Below, one piece after another: positions 31,005 to 39,703 of a DNA stretch of 64,000 nucleotides. The notes below the pieces were generated by a model. That model made no database searches, was not told the DNA's origin, and saw nothing but the letters and a program-made list of their open reading frames with translations. The DNA lies in NCBI GenBank assembly GCA_965262725.1, contig OZ253555.1, positions 192,001 to 256,000 on the forward strand, given 5' to 3'. A program made the translations under genes and the position numbers. This stretch comes from Dehalococcoidia bacterium. Lineage in GTDB: Bacteria > Chloroflexota > Dehalococcoidia > UBA2979. The stretch's first letter is position 1. The number at the start of each line of letters is the position of its first letter.

Positions 31005-32495
31005 ATGACTGAGAACGACGGGCTGCTCCTGCTGGCGCTGCTGCTGCTGCCGCTCGGGAGCGCGCTGCTGCTGATGGTGGTGCCCTCGCGCGAGCGCTCG
31101 GCGATCATCGGCCTCACCGCCGCCTCGAGCCTGGCGATGTTCCTTCTCTCCGTCTACGTCTTCCTCTCCTACGACTACGGGGATCCGGCGCAGTTCCAGG
31201 GCGTCCGCGCGTGGACTTGGATGGAGAACGTCGGGATCCTCGGCGAGAAGGGGATCCAGCTCAAGGTCGGCGTCGACGGCATCGCCGCCGCGATGGTCCT
31301 GCTGACGGGCATCATCACCATGGCCGGGACCTGGGTCTCGTGGAAGATCCAGCACCGCACGAAGGACTTCTTCATCCTGCTGTACATCCTGGCAGCGGGT
31401 GTCTTCGGCACCTTCGTGATGCTCGACCTCTTCTTCTGGTTCCTCCTCTACGAGACGGCCGTGCTGCCGATGTACCTGCTCATCGCCGTGTGGGGCTCCA
31501 CCCGCAAGGAGTACGGCGCGATGAAGCTGATGATGATGCTCGTGGGGGCGTCGATCCTCATCTTCGCCGCCATCTTCGCCATCTACTCCGAGGCCGGTCT
31601 CGGCACGTTCGACCTCGAGGCGCTCTTCGGGGCCGACTACCCGGTGGGTTTCCAGAAGCTCTTCTTCCCGTTGATCGCTATCGGCTGCGGCACCCTGGGC
31701 GGGCTCTTCCCGTTCCACTCGTGGTCTCCGGACGGGCACGCGGCCGCTCCCACGGCCGTCTCGATGCTGCACGCCGGCGTGCTGATGAAGCTCGGGGCCT
31801 TCGGCATCATCCGGCTCGGCTTCCAGATCCTCCCGGAGGGAGCCGAATTCTGGGCACCGGGCCTGCTCACGCTCGGCATCGTTGCGGCGCTCTACGGCGC
31901 CATCTCGGCGATGCGCCAGACCGACCTGAAGCTCATGACGGGCTTCTCGTCCGTCTCGCACATGGGCTACGTCTTCGTCGGACTGGGGACCTTCAACGCG
32001 ATCGGTATCACCGGCTCCGTGCTGCAGATGTTCGCGCACGGCGTGATGACGGCCCTCTTCTTCCTCCTGATCGGCGCGATGTACGACCAGTCGCACGACC
32101 GCGAGATCCCGCACTTCTCCGGGATGGCGAAGCAGATGCCGATCTGGGCGGCATTCTTCGTGATCGCCGGCCTCGCCTCGCTCGGGCTTCCCGGGCTCTC
32201 GGGCTTCGTCGCCGAGGTTCACATCTTCATCGGCGCGTTCCGCGCCTACCCGATCGTGGGCGGACTCGCCGTGCTGACGGCCGCGATCACCGCGACCTAT
32301 CTGCTGCGGATGTTCGCGCAGTCGTTCTTCGGCGAGATGCACCCGGCGTGGAGCGGGCTGCGTGAGATGACCTGGGCCGAGCGCGCGGGGGCGACCCTGC
32401 TCGCCGGGTCGATCCTGTGGCTCGGGGTCTGGCCCTCGCCCTGGATCGATCGCATCGCGAGCACGGTCGAGGGCCTGCAGGGAGTGGCGCTGTGA
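31005..32495 (+). CDS. nuoM: NADH-quinone oxidoreductase subunit M
   Basis: FPFHSWSPDGHAAAPT, SSVSHMG, LGLPGLSGFVAE. Confidence 0.97.
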   Translation: MTENDGLLLLALLLLPLGSALLLMVVPSRERSAIIGLTAASSLAMFLLSVYVFLSYDYGDPAQFQGVRAWTWMENVGILGEKGIQLKVGVDGIAAAMVLLTGIITMAGTWVSWKIQHRTKDFFILLYILAAGVFGTFVMLDLFFWFLLYETAVLPMYLLIAVWGSTRKEYGAMKLMMMLVGASILIFAAIFAIYSEAGLGTFDLEALFGADYPVGFQKLFFPLIAIGCGTLGGLFPFHSWSPDGHAAAPTAVSMLHAGVLMKLGAFGIIRLGFQILPEGAEFWAPGLLTLGIVAALYGAISAMRQTDLKLMTGFSSVSHMGYVFVGLGTFNAIGITGSVLQMFAHGVMTALFFLLIGAMYDQSHDREIPHFSGMAKQMPIWAAFFVIAGLASLGLPGLSGFVAEVHIFIGAFRAYPIVGGLAVLTAAITATYLLRMFAQSFFGEMHPAWSGLREMTWAERAGATLLAGSILWLGVWPSPWIDRIASTVEGLQGVAL

Positions 32496-33946
32496 ACCCC
32501 GATCTCAACTTCGAGTACGCGCTGCTCGCTCCCGAGCTGATCCTCGCCGGCACGGCCGCGCTCGTGCTCTTCGCCGACGCCTTCCGCGCGGAGCTCGGCG
32601 TGAGCCGGCGCCTGCTGCCGTGGATCGCCGTGCTGGGGGCGCTGATCGCGGGAGTCGTCTCGCTCGCCTACGTGGACATGTCGGAGAACTTCGCCGAGCT
32701 CCTCAGCATCGACGACTTCACGACCTTCTTCCGCGTGCTCTTCACGGCGATCGTCGTGATCCTGATTCTGGTTTCCCACGAGTTCGTGGAGCGGCACGTC
32801 CGCCACGTCGGCGAGTTCTACGCCCTGCTCTTGCTCGCGACGGTGGGCGCCATCTACATGGCGGCGGCCCGCGAGCTGATTACGGCGTACATCGCGATCG
32901 AGCTCCTCTCCTTCTCGCTCTACGTCGCCGTCTCGCTCACGCTCGGCGATCGGCGCTCCGGCGAGGCGAGCCTGAAGTACGTGCTGCTCGGCGGCGTCGC
33001 CTCGGCGATGCTGCTCTACGGCCTCTCGCTCATCTACGGCATCGCCGGGTCGACGAGCTACGCGGAGATCGGCGCGGCCTTCGCGGCCGGCACGGCGAAC
33101 TTCGAGTGGGCGCTGGTGCTCGGGCTGTCGCTCGTGATCGGCGGCCTCGGCTTCAAGGCGTCGGCGGTTCCGTTCCACATGTGGACGCCCGACGCCTACG
33201 AGGGCGCTCCGCTTCCGATCACCGCCTTCCTCTCCGCGACGTCGAAGGCGGCGATCGTGGCGCTGCTGCTGCGGGTCTTCGGCGGCCCCCTGCTCCCGGT
33301 CATCGACGAGTGGCAGTGGATGATGGCGACGCTGGCCGTCCTGACGATGGCGGTCGGCAACCTGATCGCGCTTCAGCAGAGCAACATCAAGCGGCTGCTC
33401 GCCTACTCGTCGATAGGCCAGGTCGGCTACATGCTGATGGCGGTCACGGTCGTCTCGGTGGAGACGTCGAGCGCGCTCCTCTTGCACGTCGCCGGCTACC
33501 TCGTGACGAACCTCGCGGTGTTCGCAGCCGTCATCGCCGTCCACAACCGGACGGGCGACGAGCGCATCGTGGGGTTCCGCGGCCTGGCGGAGACCCAGCC
33601 ATTCCTCGCGCTGGTGCTGACGGCGGGATTTTTCTCGCTCGCCGGGATGCCGCTTCTCGCCGGCTTCGCCACGAAGTTCATTCTCTTCCAGACCGTCGCC
33701 AGCGAGGGATTCCTCTGGCTCTCCGTGGTCGCCGTCATCGCCAGCACCGTGTCGCTCTACTACTACCTGCAGGTGATCCGGCAGATCTATCTCTATCCGC
33801 CGGAGGGTGATGCCCAGCGCTGGCGCCCGTCGTTCACCGGTCTCGCCACCACCGGGGGGCTGCTCGTGGGGGTGGTGGTGATAGGTCTCTACGCCGGACC
33901 GCTCTTCCGGCTCGCCGACGAGGCCGCGACGGCCCTCTTCGTCTAG
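32492..33946 (+). CDS. nuoN: NADH-quinone oxidoreductase subunit N
   Basis: FKASAVPFHMWTPDAYEGAP, KRLLAYSSI. Confidence 0.97.
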   Translation: MNPDLNFEYALLAPELILAGTAALVLFADAFRAELGVSRRLLPWIAVLGALIAGVVSLAYVDMSENFAELLSIDDFTTFFRVLFTAIVVILILVSHEFVERHVRHVGEFYALLLLATVGAIYMAAARELITAYIAIELLSFSLYVAVSLTLGDRRSGEASLKYVLLGGVASAMLLYGLSLIYGIAGSTSYAEIGAAFAAGTANFEWALVLGLSLVIGGLGFKASAVPFHMWTPDAYEGAPLPITAFLSATSKAAIVALLLRVFGGPLLPVIDEWQWMMATLAVLTMAVGNLIALQQSNIKRLLAYSSIGQVGYMLMAVTVVSVETSSALLLHVAGYLVTNLAVFAAVIAVHNRTGDERIVGFRGLAETQPFLALVLTAGFFSLAGMPLLAGFATKFILFQTVASEGFLWLSVVAVIASTVSLYYYLQVIRQIYLYPPEGDAQRWRPSFTGLATTGGLLVGVVVIGLYAGPLFRLADEAATALFV

Positions 33947-34011
33947 CCTGTCGTGTCACCGAGTAATAGGGACAGCTAGAGGCCGTCAGCTCGGACCTCG
34001 CACCGGAGCGC

Positions 34012-34447
34012 TCATCGGCGGGACGAGCCCCGTTCTGAGGACCGGTGTTGCTTGGGAGGATGGTCCTGGTTGAAGGCGCTGGCCTCCCGGATCAGGTCCT
34101 GGAACGCGGGACCATCGACCTCATCCTCGGCCCGAAGATCGATTGCTCGACGGACGGTGCCCGTTAGTCCCGCGTTGAACAGATGGTGGGGGGTCCGCAA
34201 GGAAGGCCCCTTTGGCGAAGGTCAGCTTGACGATCTGCGTGTAGGCCTCACCTGTACACACGATTCCGTCGTGCGACCAAACGGGCGTTCCCCTCCATTT
34301 CCATTCCTCGAGGATGGCCGGGTTGGCCTCGTGGATGAGCCTTCGGACGAGGGCGAGCTTCTCGCCGCGCCAGTCTCCCAGCTCCCGGATCCGTGCCGTG
34401 ATGAACTCGGAGGCGGGCCCGTGCCCCTCACTCGAATCCGACCGCAT
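34012..34447 (-). pseudogene. DUF1801 (YdhG-like) protein, frameshifted
   Basis: LGDWRGE...EEWKWRGTPVWSHDGIVCTGE..FAKGA continues in another frame as HHLFNAGLTGTVRRAID; one extra base in the G6 run at 34188-34193. Confidence 0.8.
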
Positions 34448-34554
34448 GACCACCATCCATGCCGTGTCCGCCAACGAAGCCTACGCCGGCGCACTGTGCT
34501 GTGAACCAGGGCCAGGGATGGCGCACCGCCGGTCAGCGTCGAGGAGACAGCTCG

Positions 34555-34998
34555 TCAGAACCCACGCCAGCCGGGCAGAGCGGCCGCCTGCCGGATCCAC
34601 GTCGCCATCTGGTCCTCTTCCAATTCGCCCTCGTCGATGTCGACCCAGCGCGAGTCCTTGTCCTTGCCCGCGCCGGCCGGGACGGGTCGCAGCGATGCGC
34701 CTTGGAAGAAGGTCACCCTTATGTAGCGGGTGAAGACGTGGCAACTCACGAACCACCCTTCGTCCTCGATGCCATAGAAGGGCGAGTTCCACCTCACCGC
34801 CTTACGCACGTTGGGCACAGTGCGCACGATGAGGTCGTCGAGGCGGCGCCCCACATCGCTCTTCCAGCCCGGCATGGCCGCGATGTAGACCTGCACGGGG
34901 GCGTCGCCGCCCCCCTTCGGAATCTGAGGATTATCGCCTGCGAGGAGGATCGGCTTCGCGCCAGCCTTCTTTGCGGCTTTCGCTGACATCTCAGACAT
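34555..34998 (-). CDS. DUF1801 domain protein
   Basis: NPQIPKGGGDAPVQVYIAAMPGWK...KAVRWNSPFYG. Confidence 0.85.
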   Translation of the reverse strand: MSEMSAKAAKKAGAKPILLAGDNPQIPKGGGDAPVQVYIAAMPGWKSDVGRRLDDLIVRTVPNVRKAVRWNSPFYGIEDEGWFVSCHVFTRYIRVTFFQGASLRPVPAGAGKDKDSRWVDIDEGELEEDQMATWIRQAAALPGWRGF

Positions 34999-35077
34999 AC
35001 TACTGGCCACTGCATTCACTCGAATTCGCGCTTCGCGCGGCTGGATTCTGTCGGGCGAGAATCCGAAGTTCAACTGT

Positions 35078-35140
35078 TGGTGGAGCTGCGGGGACTCGAG
35101 CCGGTGACCTCTACGCTGCTGGGACTCGAACCGGCGACCA
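35078..35140 (-). other. Degenerate tRNA(Ala-like) 3' half with a duplicated T-arm (att-site scar)
   Basis: Minus strand reads ...GGTCACCGGCTCGAGTCCCCGCAGCTCCACCA preceded by GGTCGCCGGTTCGAGTCCCAGCAGC; no 5' half or D-arm. Confidence 0.7.
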
Positions 35141-35274
35141 GGGGCGCACGAGGCCTCTGGTGCCGGCGGCCCTCCGCCGGGCGGGGATTCCGGGTGCTGC
35201 ACGCGAGGCCGGGGGGAGCGTTCCGCGGCGCGGGCGGCTGGGGTACACTGCCCGCCGCAGGGAGGCGCTGCTTG

Positions 35275-35538
35275 ATGAGCCGACGACGCGTGGCCACCGT
35301 CCTTGTCGGCGCGTCCGCGGCGCTCGCTCCGACTCTCGCCGTCGCGCAGGAGAGCCGCGCGCTCGACGCGCCCGACTCCGCGGCGGGCGCGGTGCTCATC
35401 ACCGTCGCGGGCGTTGTCGCCCTCTTCGCGGTGGCGGGCGTCGGGTACCTCTACCTCCGCGCGAGCGGACTCGAATGGAACTTCCAGAAGAAGGAGTTGC
35501 CACCGGAGCCGGGCTCCGGCGGCCACCAGGAGTCCTGA
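35275..35538 (+). CDS. Small membrane protein (signal-like N-terminus plus one TM helix)
   Basis: TACACT -10 at 35244-35249, GGAGG RBS, hydrophobic AVLITVAGVVALFAVAGVGYLYL. Confidence 0.7.
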   Translation: MSRRRVATVLVGASAALAPTLAVAQESRALDAPDSAAGAVLITVAGVVALFAVAGVGYLYLRASGLEWNFQKKELPPEPGSGGHQES

Positions 35539-35580
35539 GCCGCCCCTCGGCGGTCGCAGGCGACGGGAGAGGAGCAGCAC

Positions 35581-36039
35581 GTGTTGCAGGTCGGCGAGAT
35601 GATGCCCGAGTTCAAGCTGCGCCACCGCGACGGCGACGTGACGAATGAGGACTTCGCGGGGAGTCCCACCGTCATGGCCTTCTACGCGGTCGCCTTCACC
35701 GGAGGGTGAGAGCGTGAAATGAAGGCCTTCCAGGAGCTCCTCGGGGAGTTCCAGGAGGCCGGCGCCCGCGTCGTGGGTGTCAGCTCGGATCACGCACCGG
35801 CCAACGGAGTCTTCCAGGACCAGTGCGGCACGGAGTTCCCGCTGCTCGCCGATTGGCCGCGCTACCGGACCCTGGACGCCTTCGGCGTCCGGAACGACCG
35901 GCTTCCGATCGCGGATCGCGTGACGTTCATCTTCGACTCGGGGGGCGTCTGCCGCTTCGTGCTGAAGGACCTCGACGAGGTCGAGTACCATGCGTCGGAG
36001 GCGCTGAACTCGGTGAAGGAGATGGCGGCGGGCGCGTAG
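35581..36039 (+). CDS. Selenocysteine-containing peroxiredoxin (AhpC/TSA, AhpE-like)
   Basis: GTG start after GAGGAG; MLQVGEMMPEFKL...AFYAVAFTGG-TGA(35707-35709)-EREMKAFQ...VVGVSSD...FPLLAD...RVTFIFD; the TGA sits at the peroxidatic TxxC position. Confidence 0.9.
35724..35760 (+). promoter_or_regulatory. Candidate bacterial SECIS hairpin
   Basis: GGCCTTCC-A-GGAGCTCC-TCGG-GGAGTTCC-A-GGAGGCC stem-loop starting 14 nt after the in-frame TGA. Confidence 0.7.
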
Positions 36040-36069
36040 GCGGCGCCCGCGCGCATCGGGCGGTGGGGC

Positions 36070-36537
36070 CTACTCGGCCTGCGCGGAGTAGGCTCCCATC
36101 GCCTCGTCGATCTCGTGGGCGCGCGTCTCGAGGGCAACCAGCCTCTCGCGTAGCTCGCCGCCCATCTCGGTGAGTTGCTGGCTCTTCTGCTCGACGATCT
36201 CGAGCTGGCGCCTGGTGGCGTCGGTCACGAGCTGCACGCGCTCGCGGCGGGCCGGCAGCTCGCGGTCCGGGCGGAACGTCGCGCGGATCTGGGCGCGCAG
36301 CTGCTCAGCGTCGACCATCTCCTTGATCTCGGCGAGGCTCAAACCGAGCAACTCCTGGAGCTTCTTGATCAGCGTGACCCGCTCGATGTCGTTCTCGGAG
36401 TAGAGGCGGAAGCCGCCCTCCAGGCGGTCGGTGGGGGTGATGAGCTCGCGTTCCTCGTAGAAGCGGAGCGTGCGCTGCGTGACGCCCGTGCGCTCAGCGA
36501 CCTCGCCGATCTGAAATCGCTGGCCCGCGTCGTCCAC
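36070..36537 (-). CDS. MerR-family transcriptional regulator
   Basis: FQIGEVAERTGVTQRTLRFYEE...GFRLYS...LGLSLAEIK. Confidence 0.93.
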   Translation of the reverse strand: MDDAGQRFQIGEVAERTGVTQRTLRFYEERELITPTDRLEGGFRLYSENDIERVTLIKKLQELLGLSLAEIKEMVDAEQLRAQIRATFRPDRELPARRERVQLVTDATRRQLEIVEQKSQQLTEMGGELRERLVALETRAHEIDEAMGAYSAQAE

Positions 36538-36680
36538 AATGGCCTCCCGCGCCGGCGTCGCTTGTCGGAGCGCGCGGTGGGGATCGTAGGGAGCCGCGAT
36601 CCGGCACGTCAAGGAAGAGCGGCCCGGGGGGCCGCACGCGGTGCCGAGAGGCCCCGCGAGAGCGGGCCCCGAACTCCCGC

Positions 36681-37436
36681 TCAGTCGTCGTAGTCGTCCT
36701 CATCGGACGCCGCCGCCAGGCTGTAACCCGCTGGCAGCATCGGGGACGCTCGCTCGAGCGCTCGTTCCGTCGGCGGCGGAACCGCCGCGACCGCCGCAAC
36801 CGCCTCGGCGGTGCGGGGCGCGGCGACGACGAGTATCGGCGCGCCGGCGTCGCGCCACGCCGCGATCGTCTCGGGATCGAGTTCTGCCTCGAGGTGGCGC
36901 GCGTCGATCGCCAGGGGAGCGCGAAGCAGCGCCGAGTGGCGGCGCATCGTCGCCAGGGAGCGCGCGCTGAGGCGTCCGCTCCCGGTCGTACCGGGCGGTG
37001 GCTCCATCAGCGCGGCATCGGGCTCAAGCGCCGCCAGCGTTCGCACGGTCGTCTCATCGCAATCGGCGGTGATCAGGGGAACGCGGCCAAGCGCCGGGCG
37101 GCTGAGGGCTGAGGCCTCCGCGAGGAGATCGTCGAAGACGAGGAAGTCGACGCCCGCCTCAAGCAGCGAGGCCGCGTCGGCGCCGGTCGCTGCCGTCAGG
37201 CGGCACCCGATCGGTCGCGAGCCGGCAGCGGAGACGACCGGGGAGGCGCCGCCCGGCGGGCCGGTGTAGAGAAAGGCGACCGCTCCCGCCTCGGCGGCCG
37301 CGTCGGTGTCCTGCGCGTTCTCGACGGAGGCCACCACGACGACAAAGGAATGGGTGGGCTCCACCGCGCGCCCGAAGCCGATGGCCTGCGTGCGCGGCTG
37401 CGCGGCGCGCCGGACCAGCTCCCGCAGCTTGCTCAT
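36681..37436 (-). CDS. Hypothetical protein, possibly TIM-barrel/aldolase-like
   Basis: MSKLRELVRR...IGFGR...AGVDFLVFD; RBS AGGAG; directly downstream of tRNA-Thr. Confidence 0.7.
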   Translation of the reverse strand: MSKLRELVRRAAQPRTQAIGFGRAVEPTHSFVVVVASVENAQDTDAAAEAGAVAFLYTGPPGGASPVVSAAGSRPIGCRLTAATGADAASLLEAGVDFLVFDDLLAEASALSRPALGRVPLITADCDETTVRTLAALEPDAALMEPPPGTTGSGRLSARSLATMRRHSALLRAPLAIDARHLEAELDPETIAAWRDAGAPILVVAAPRTAEAVAAVAAVPPPTERALERASPMLPAGYSLAAASDEDDYDD

Positions 37437-37483
37437 GGTCACTCCTGGGCGCGTCGATGCGGTCAGGCGGAAGACGCGGGCGA

Positions 37484-37558
37484 TGGAGCCGGCGGGGGGA
37501 TTCGAACCCTCGGCCTGCTGTTTACGAAACAGCTGCTCTTCCTCTGAGCTACGCCGGC
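37484..37558 (-). tRNA. tRNA-Thr(CGT)
   Basis: GCCGGCGTAGCTCAGAGGAAGAGCAGCTGTTT-CGT-AAACAGCAGGCCGAGGGTTCGAATCCCCCCGCCGGCTCCA; full cloverleaf with encoded CCA; TAGCAT -10 upstream. Confidence 0.97.
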
Positions 37559-37641
37559 CCGGCTCCATGCTATCACCTGGTGCGGTGGGATCCGGGGCAC
37601 GGTCGGCGTTGCGCGGAGGGGCGCCCGGAGCCCCGTCGGCG

Positions 37642-38361
37642 CTAGAGATCGCGCCGGCGGAAGACGACGAAGGCGGCCGTCAGGCCGAGCGCGGAGACGA
37701 TCCCGTAGCTCATGATCACGCCGATCTCGCGCCACAGGGACGTCTCGCCGCGGAAGGTCGCGGCGAGCTCGTGGAAGACGCCCCAGCCGCTCAGCCAGGG
37801 GAGGCCGACGGCGTAGAACGCGCCGGCCAGGACAAGGGATCCGGCGAGCGCGATCAGGGTGGAGAACAACGAGTTGCGCAGGAGCGTCGAGAGCGCGATC
37901 GCCGGTGCCAGCACCGAGAGCAGCATCGCGGTCACCATCACGAGACCGGCGACCACGCCCGCAGTCGACGTGTCGCGCTCGGAGGAGTAGCGGAGGATCA
38001 GGTTGGCGGAGGGGATCATGACGGCCGCGAGCACCAGGAGGGCCATCGTCATCCGCGAGGTCACCTTCGCGGCGACGTACTCCGTTCGCGTCACCGACCG
38101 GGCGAGGATCGAGTCGGAGGCGATCGCGGCCTCGCCCGAGACGGAGGCTCCGCCGATGACCGCCACGGCCAGAGCCGAGATCGGGGCGAGGGCGGTGGCG
38201 GCGTAGACGGCGAGCGTCTCCGATGCCTTCTCCTCCTGGCTCGCGGCGACGGCGACGAAGAAGAGCCCCGAGAGCGCGAGCACGCTGATCCAGACCCGGA
38301 GCAGCCACGAGTGCGCGAGCTGGACGATGTCGTAGCGGAGGATGGCGAGGTAGGCTTGCAC
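37642..38361 (-). CDS. ABC-2 type transporter permease
   Basis: Six hydrophobic segments, LARSVTRTEYVAAK, C-terminal FRRRDL. Confidence 0.9.
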   Translation of the reverse strand: MQAYLAILRYDIVQLAHSWLLRVWISVLALSGLFFVAVAASQEEKASETLAVYAATALAPISALAVAVIGGASVSGEAAIASDSILARSVTRTEYVAAKVTSRMTMALLVLAAVMIPSANLILRYSSERDTSTAGVVAGLVMVTAMLLSVLAPAIALSTLLRNSLFSTLIALAGSLVLAGAFYAVGLPWLSGWGVFHELAATFRGETSLWREIGVIMSYGIVSALGLTAAFVVFRRRDL

Positions 38362-38523
38362 AAGGGGTCCTCTCGTCGGAAAAGCGCTACGCGGGCCCGC
38401 GGCGTGTCGGCCGGCGGCTCGGTGATCGCCTCACCCCAGCGAGGCGGCGGCCGCCGGGCGCCGGGCGCGCCGTCGGCGACCGGGCGAGGGTCCATCCGAT
38501 TCGCACCGGCGGGGAGATCCCGG

Positions 38524-39600
38524 TCATCCGGGCCGCGCCGAGAGGGGCGGCTCCGCCTCCGGCGGCGCCTCGCGCGAGGGGTGCGAGAGCACGTTCGGAT
38601 CATGGCCGGAGATGTCCTGCGTCCTGGACCAGGCGGCGAGGCGCAGGATGCCGCGCGAGCGGTCCTCCTCGAGCCGGTCGAGGAAGGCGTTCTCGATCTC
38701 GTCCGCCCCGGTGTTCAGGTGGAGCAGCTCGACGCCGGTGCTGGCGACGAGCGCGAGGACGCGCTGGAGGTACTCCTCCAGCGGACGCGCACCGAGGAAG
38801 GTGATGCGGAACTCGTTCCCCGTGCGGTGCCAGCTCAAAGACGAGAACTCATCGAGCGTGGGTACCTGCTCCTCGAAGGCCGCGAGGTTGCCGTCGATCT
38901 CGAGCGAGATCGTCCCCTGCTTGGCGAGACGCCGCATCTCGGACATCGGCCCGGTGTAGATCAGGCGGCCCTCCGAGATGATGCCGACGTCCGTGCAGAC
39001 CCGCTCCACGTCGCCGAGGATGTGCGTCGCGATGATGATCGTGCGGTCGCGGCCGGCGATCTGGCGGATCGACTCGATGATCTGCTTCCGTCCCGAGGGG
39101 TCGAGCCCTGAGGTCGGCTCGTCGAGGATGAGCAGCTCGGGGTCGTTCATGAGGGCGGCGGCGATCCCCACGCGCGTGAGCATCCCCGTGGAGAAGCCCT
39201 CGAGCTGCTGCGAGGCGGCGCTCGTGAGGTCGACCGCCTGCAGTAGCCGCGCGAGCTGGACCTTCGCCCGCTCGCGCGGCATCCCCAGAATGCTGCCGAC
39301 GAACTCGAGGTAGGCGATCGGCGTCAGGTGGCGCGGGAAGGTCGGGTTGGTCGGGAGGAAGCCGATGCGGCGGCGGAGGTCGGCGCGCTCGGGTGTCATG
39401 GTCTCCCCGAGCACGGAGAGCCGGCCGGCGGTCGGCTGCTGCAGCCCCAGCAGGAGGCGGAACGTGGTCGACTTGCCGGCGCCGTTGGGGCCGACCAGTC
39501 CGTAGACCGTCCCCTTCTCCACGCGCAGGTTCAGCGCGTTGAGAACGATGTAGCGCTTCTGGTAGATCTTCGTGAGGTCGGTGGTCTCCACGACCGTCAC
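38524..39600 (-). CDS. ABC-2 type transporter ATP-binding protein
   Basis: GPNGAGKST, FSTGM, LDEPTSGLDP. Confidence 0.94.
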   Translation of the reverse strand: MTVVETTDLTKIYQKRYIVLNALNLRVEKGTVYGLVGPNGAGKSTTFRLLLGLQQPTAGRLSVLGETMTPERADLRRRIGFLPTNPTFPRHLTPIAYLEFVGSILGMPRERAKVQLARLLQAVDLTSAASQQLEGFSTGMLTRVGIAAALMNDPELLILDEPTSGLDPSGRKQIIESIRQIAGRDRTIIIATHILGDVERVCTDVGIISEGRLIYTGPMSEMRRLAKQGTISLEIDGNLAAFEEQVPTLDEFSSLSWHRTGNEFRITFLGARPLEEYLQRVLALVASTGVELLHLNTGADEIENAFLDRLEEDRSRGILRLAAWSRTQDISGHDPNVLSHPSREAPPEAEPPLSARPG

Positions 39601-39703
39601 GGGTTGCCTCCTGGCTGCTTCCGCGGGCCTCTGATTCTAGCAGTGTCCGGCCCCGACTCCAACGGGCACCCGCTTTCGCGGACTCTCGGTACACTTCGGG
39701 CCC

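Noticed and set aside
369-33544. Many long antisense or alternate-frame ORFs (e.g. 2183-4816, 8538-11216, 24547-26280)
   Set aside because: Shadow ORFs of high-GC3 genes; they overlap well-supported genes and show no motifs.
35078-35150. Functional tRNA or tRNA-Sec beside the selenoprotein
   Set aside because: No 5' acceptor strand or D-arm, broken T-stem and no TCA anticodon.
34555-35991. 478-aa minus-strand ORF
   Set aside because: Only the last ~147 aa (DUF1801) are plausible; the remainder is antisense to the peroxiredoxin operon.
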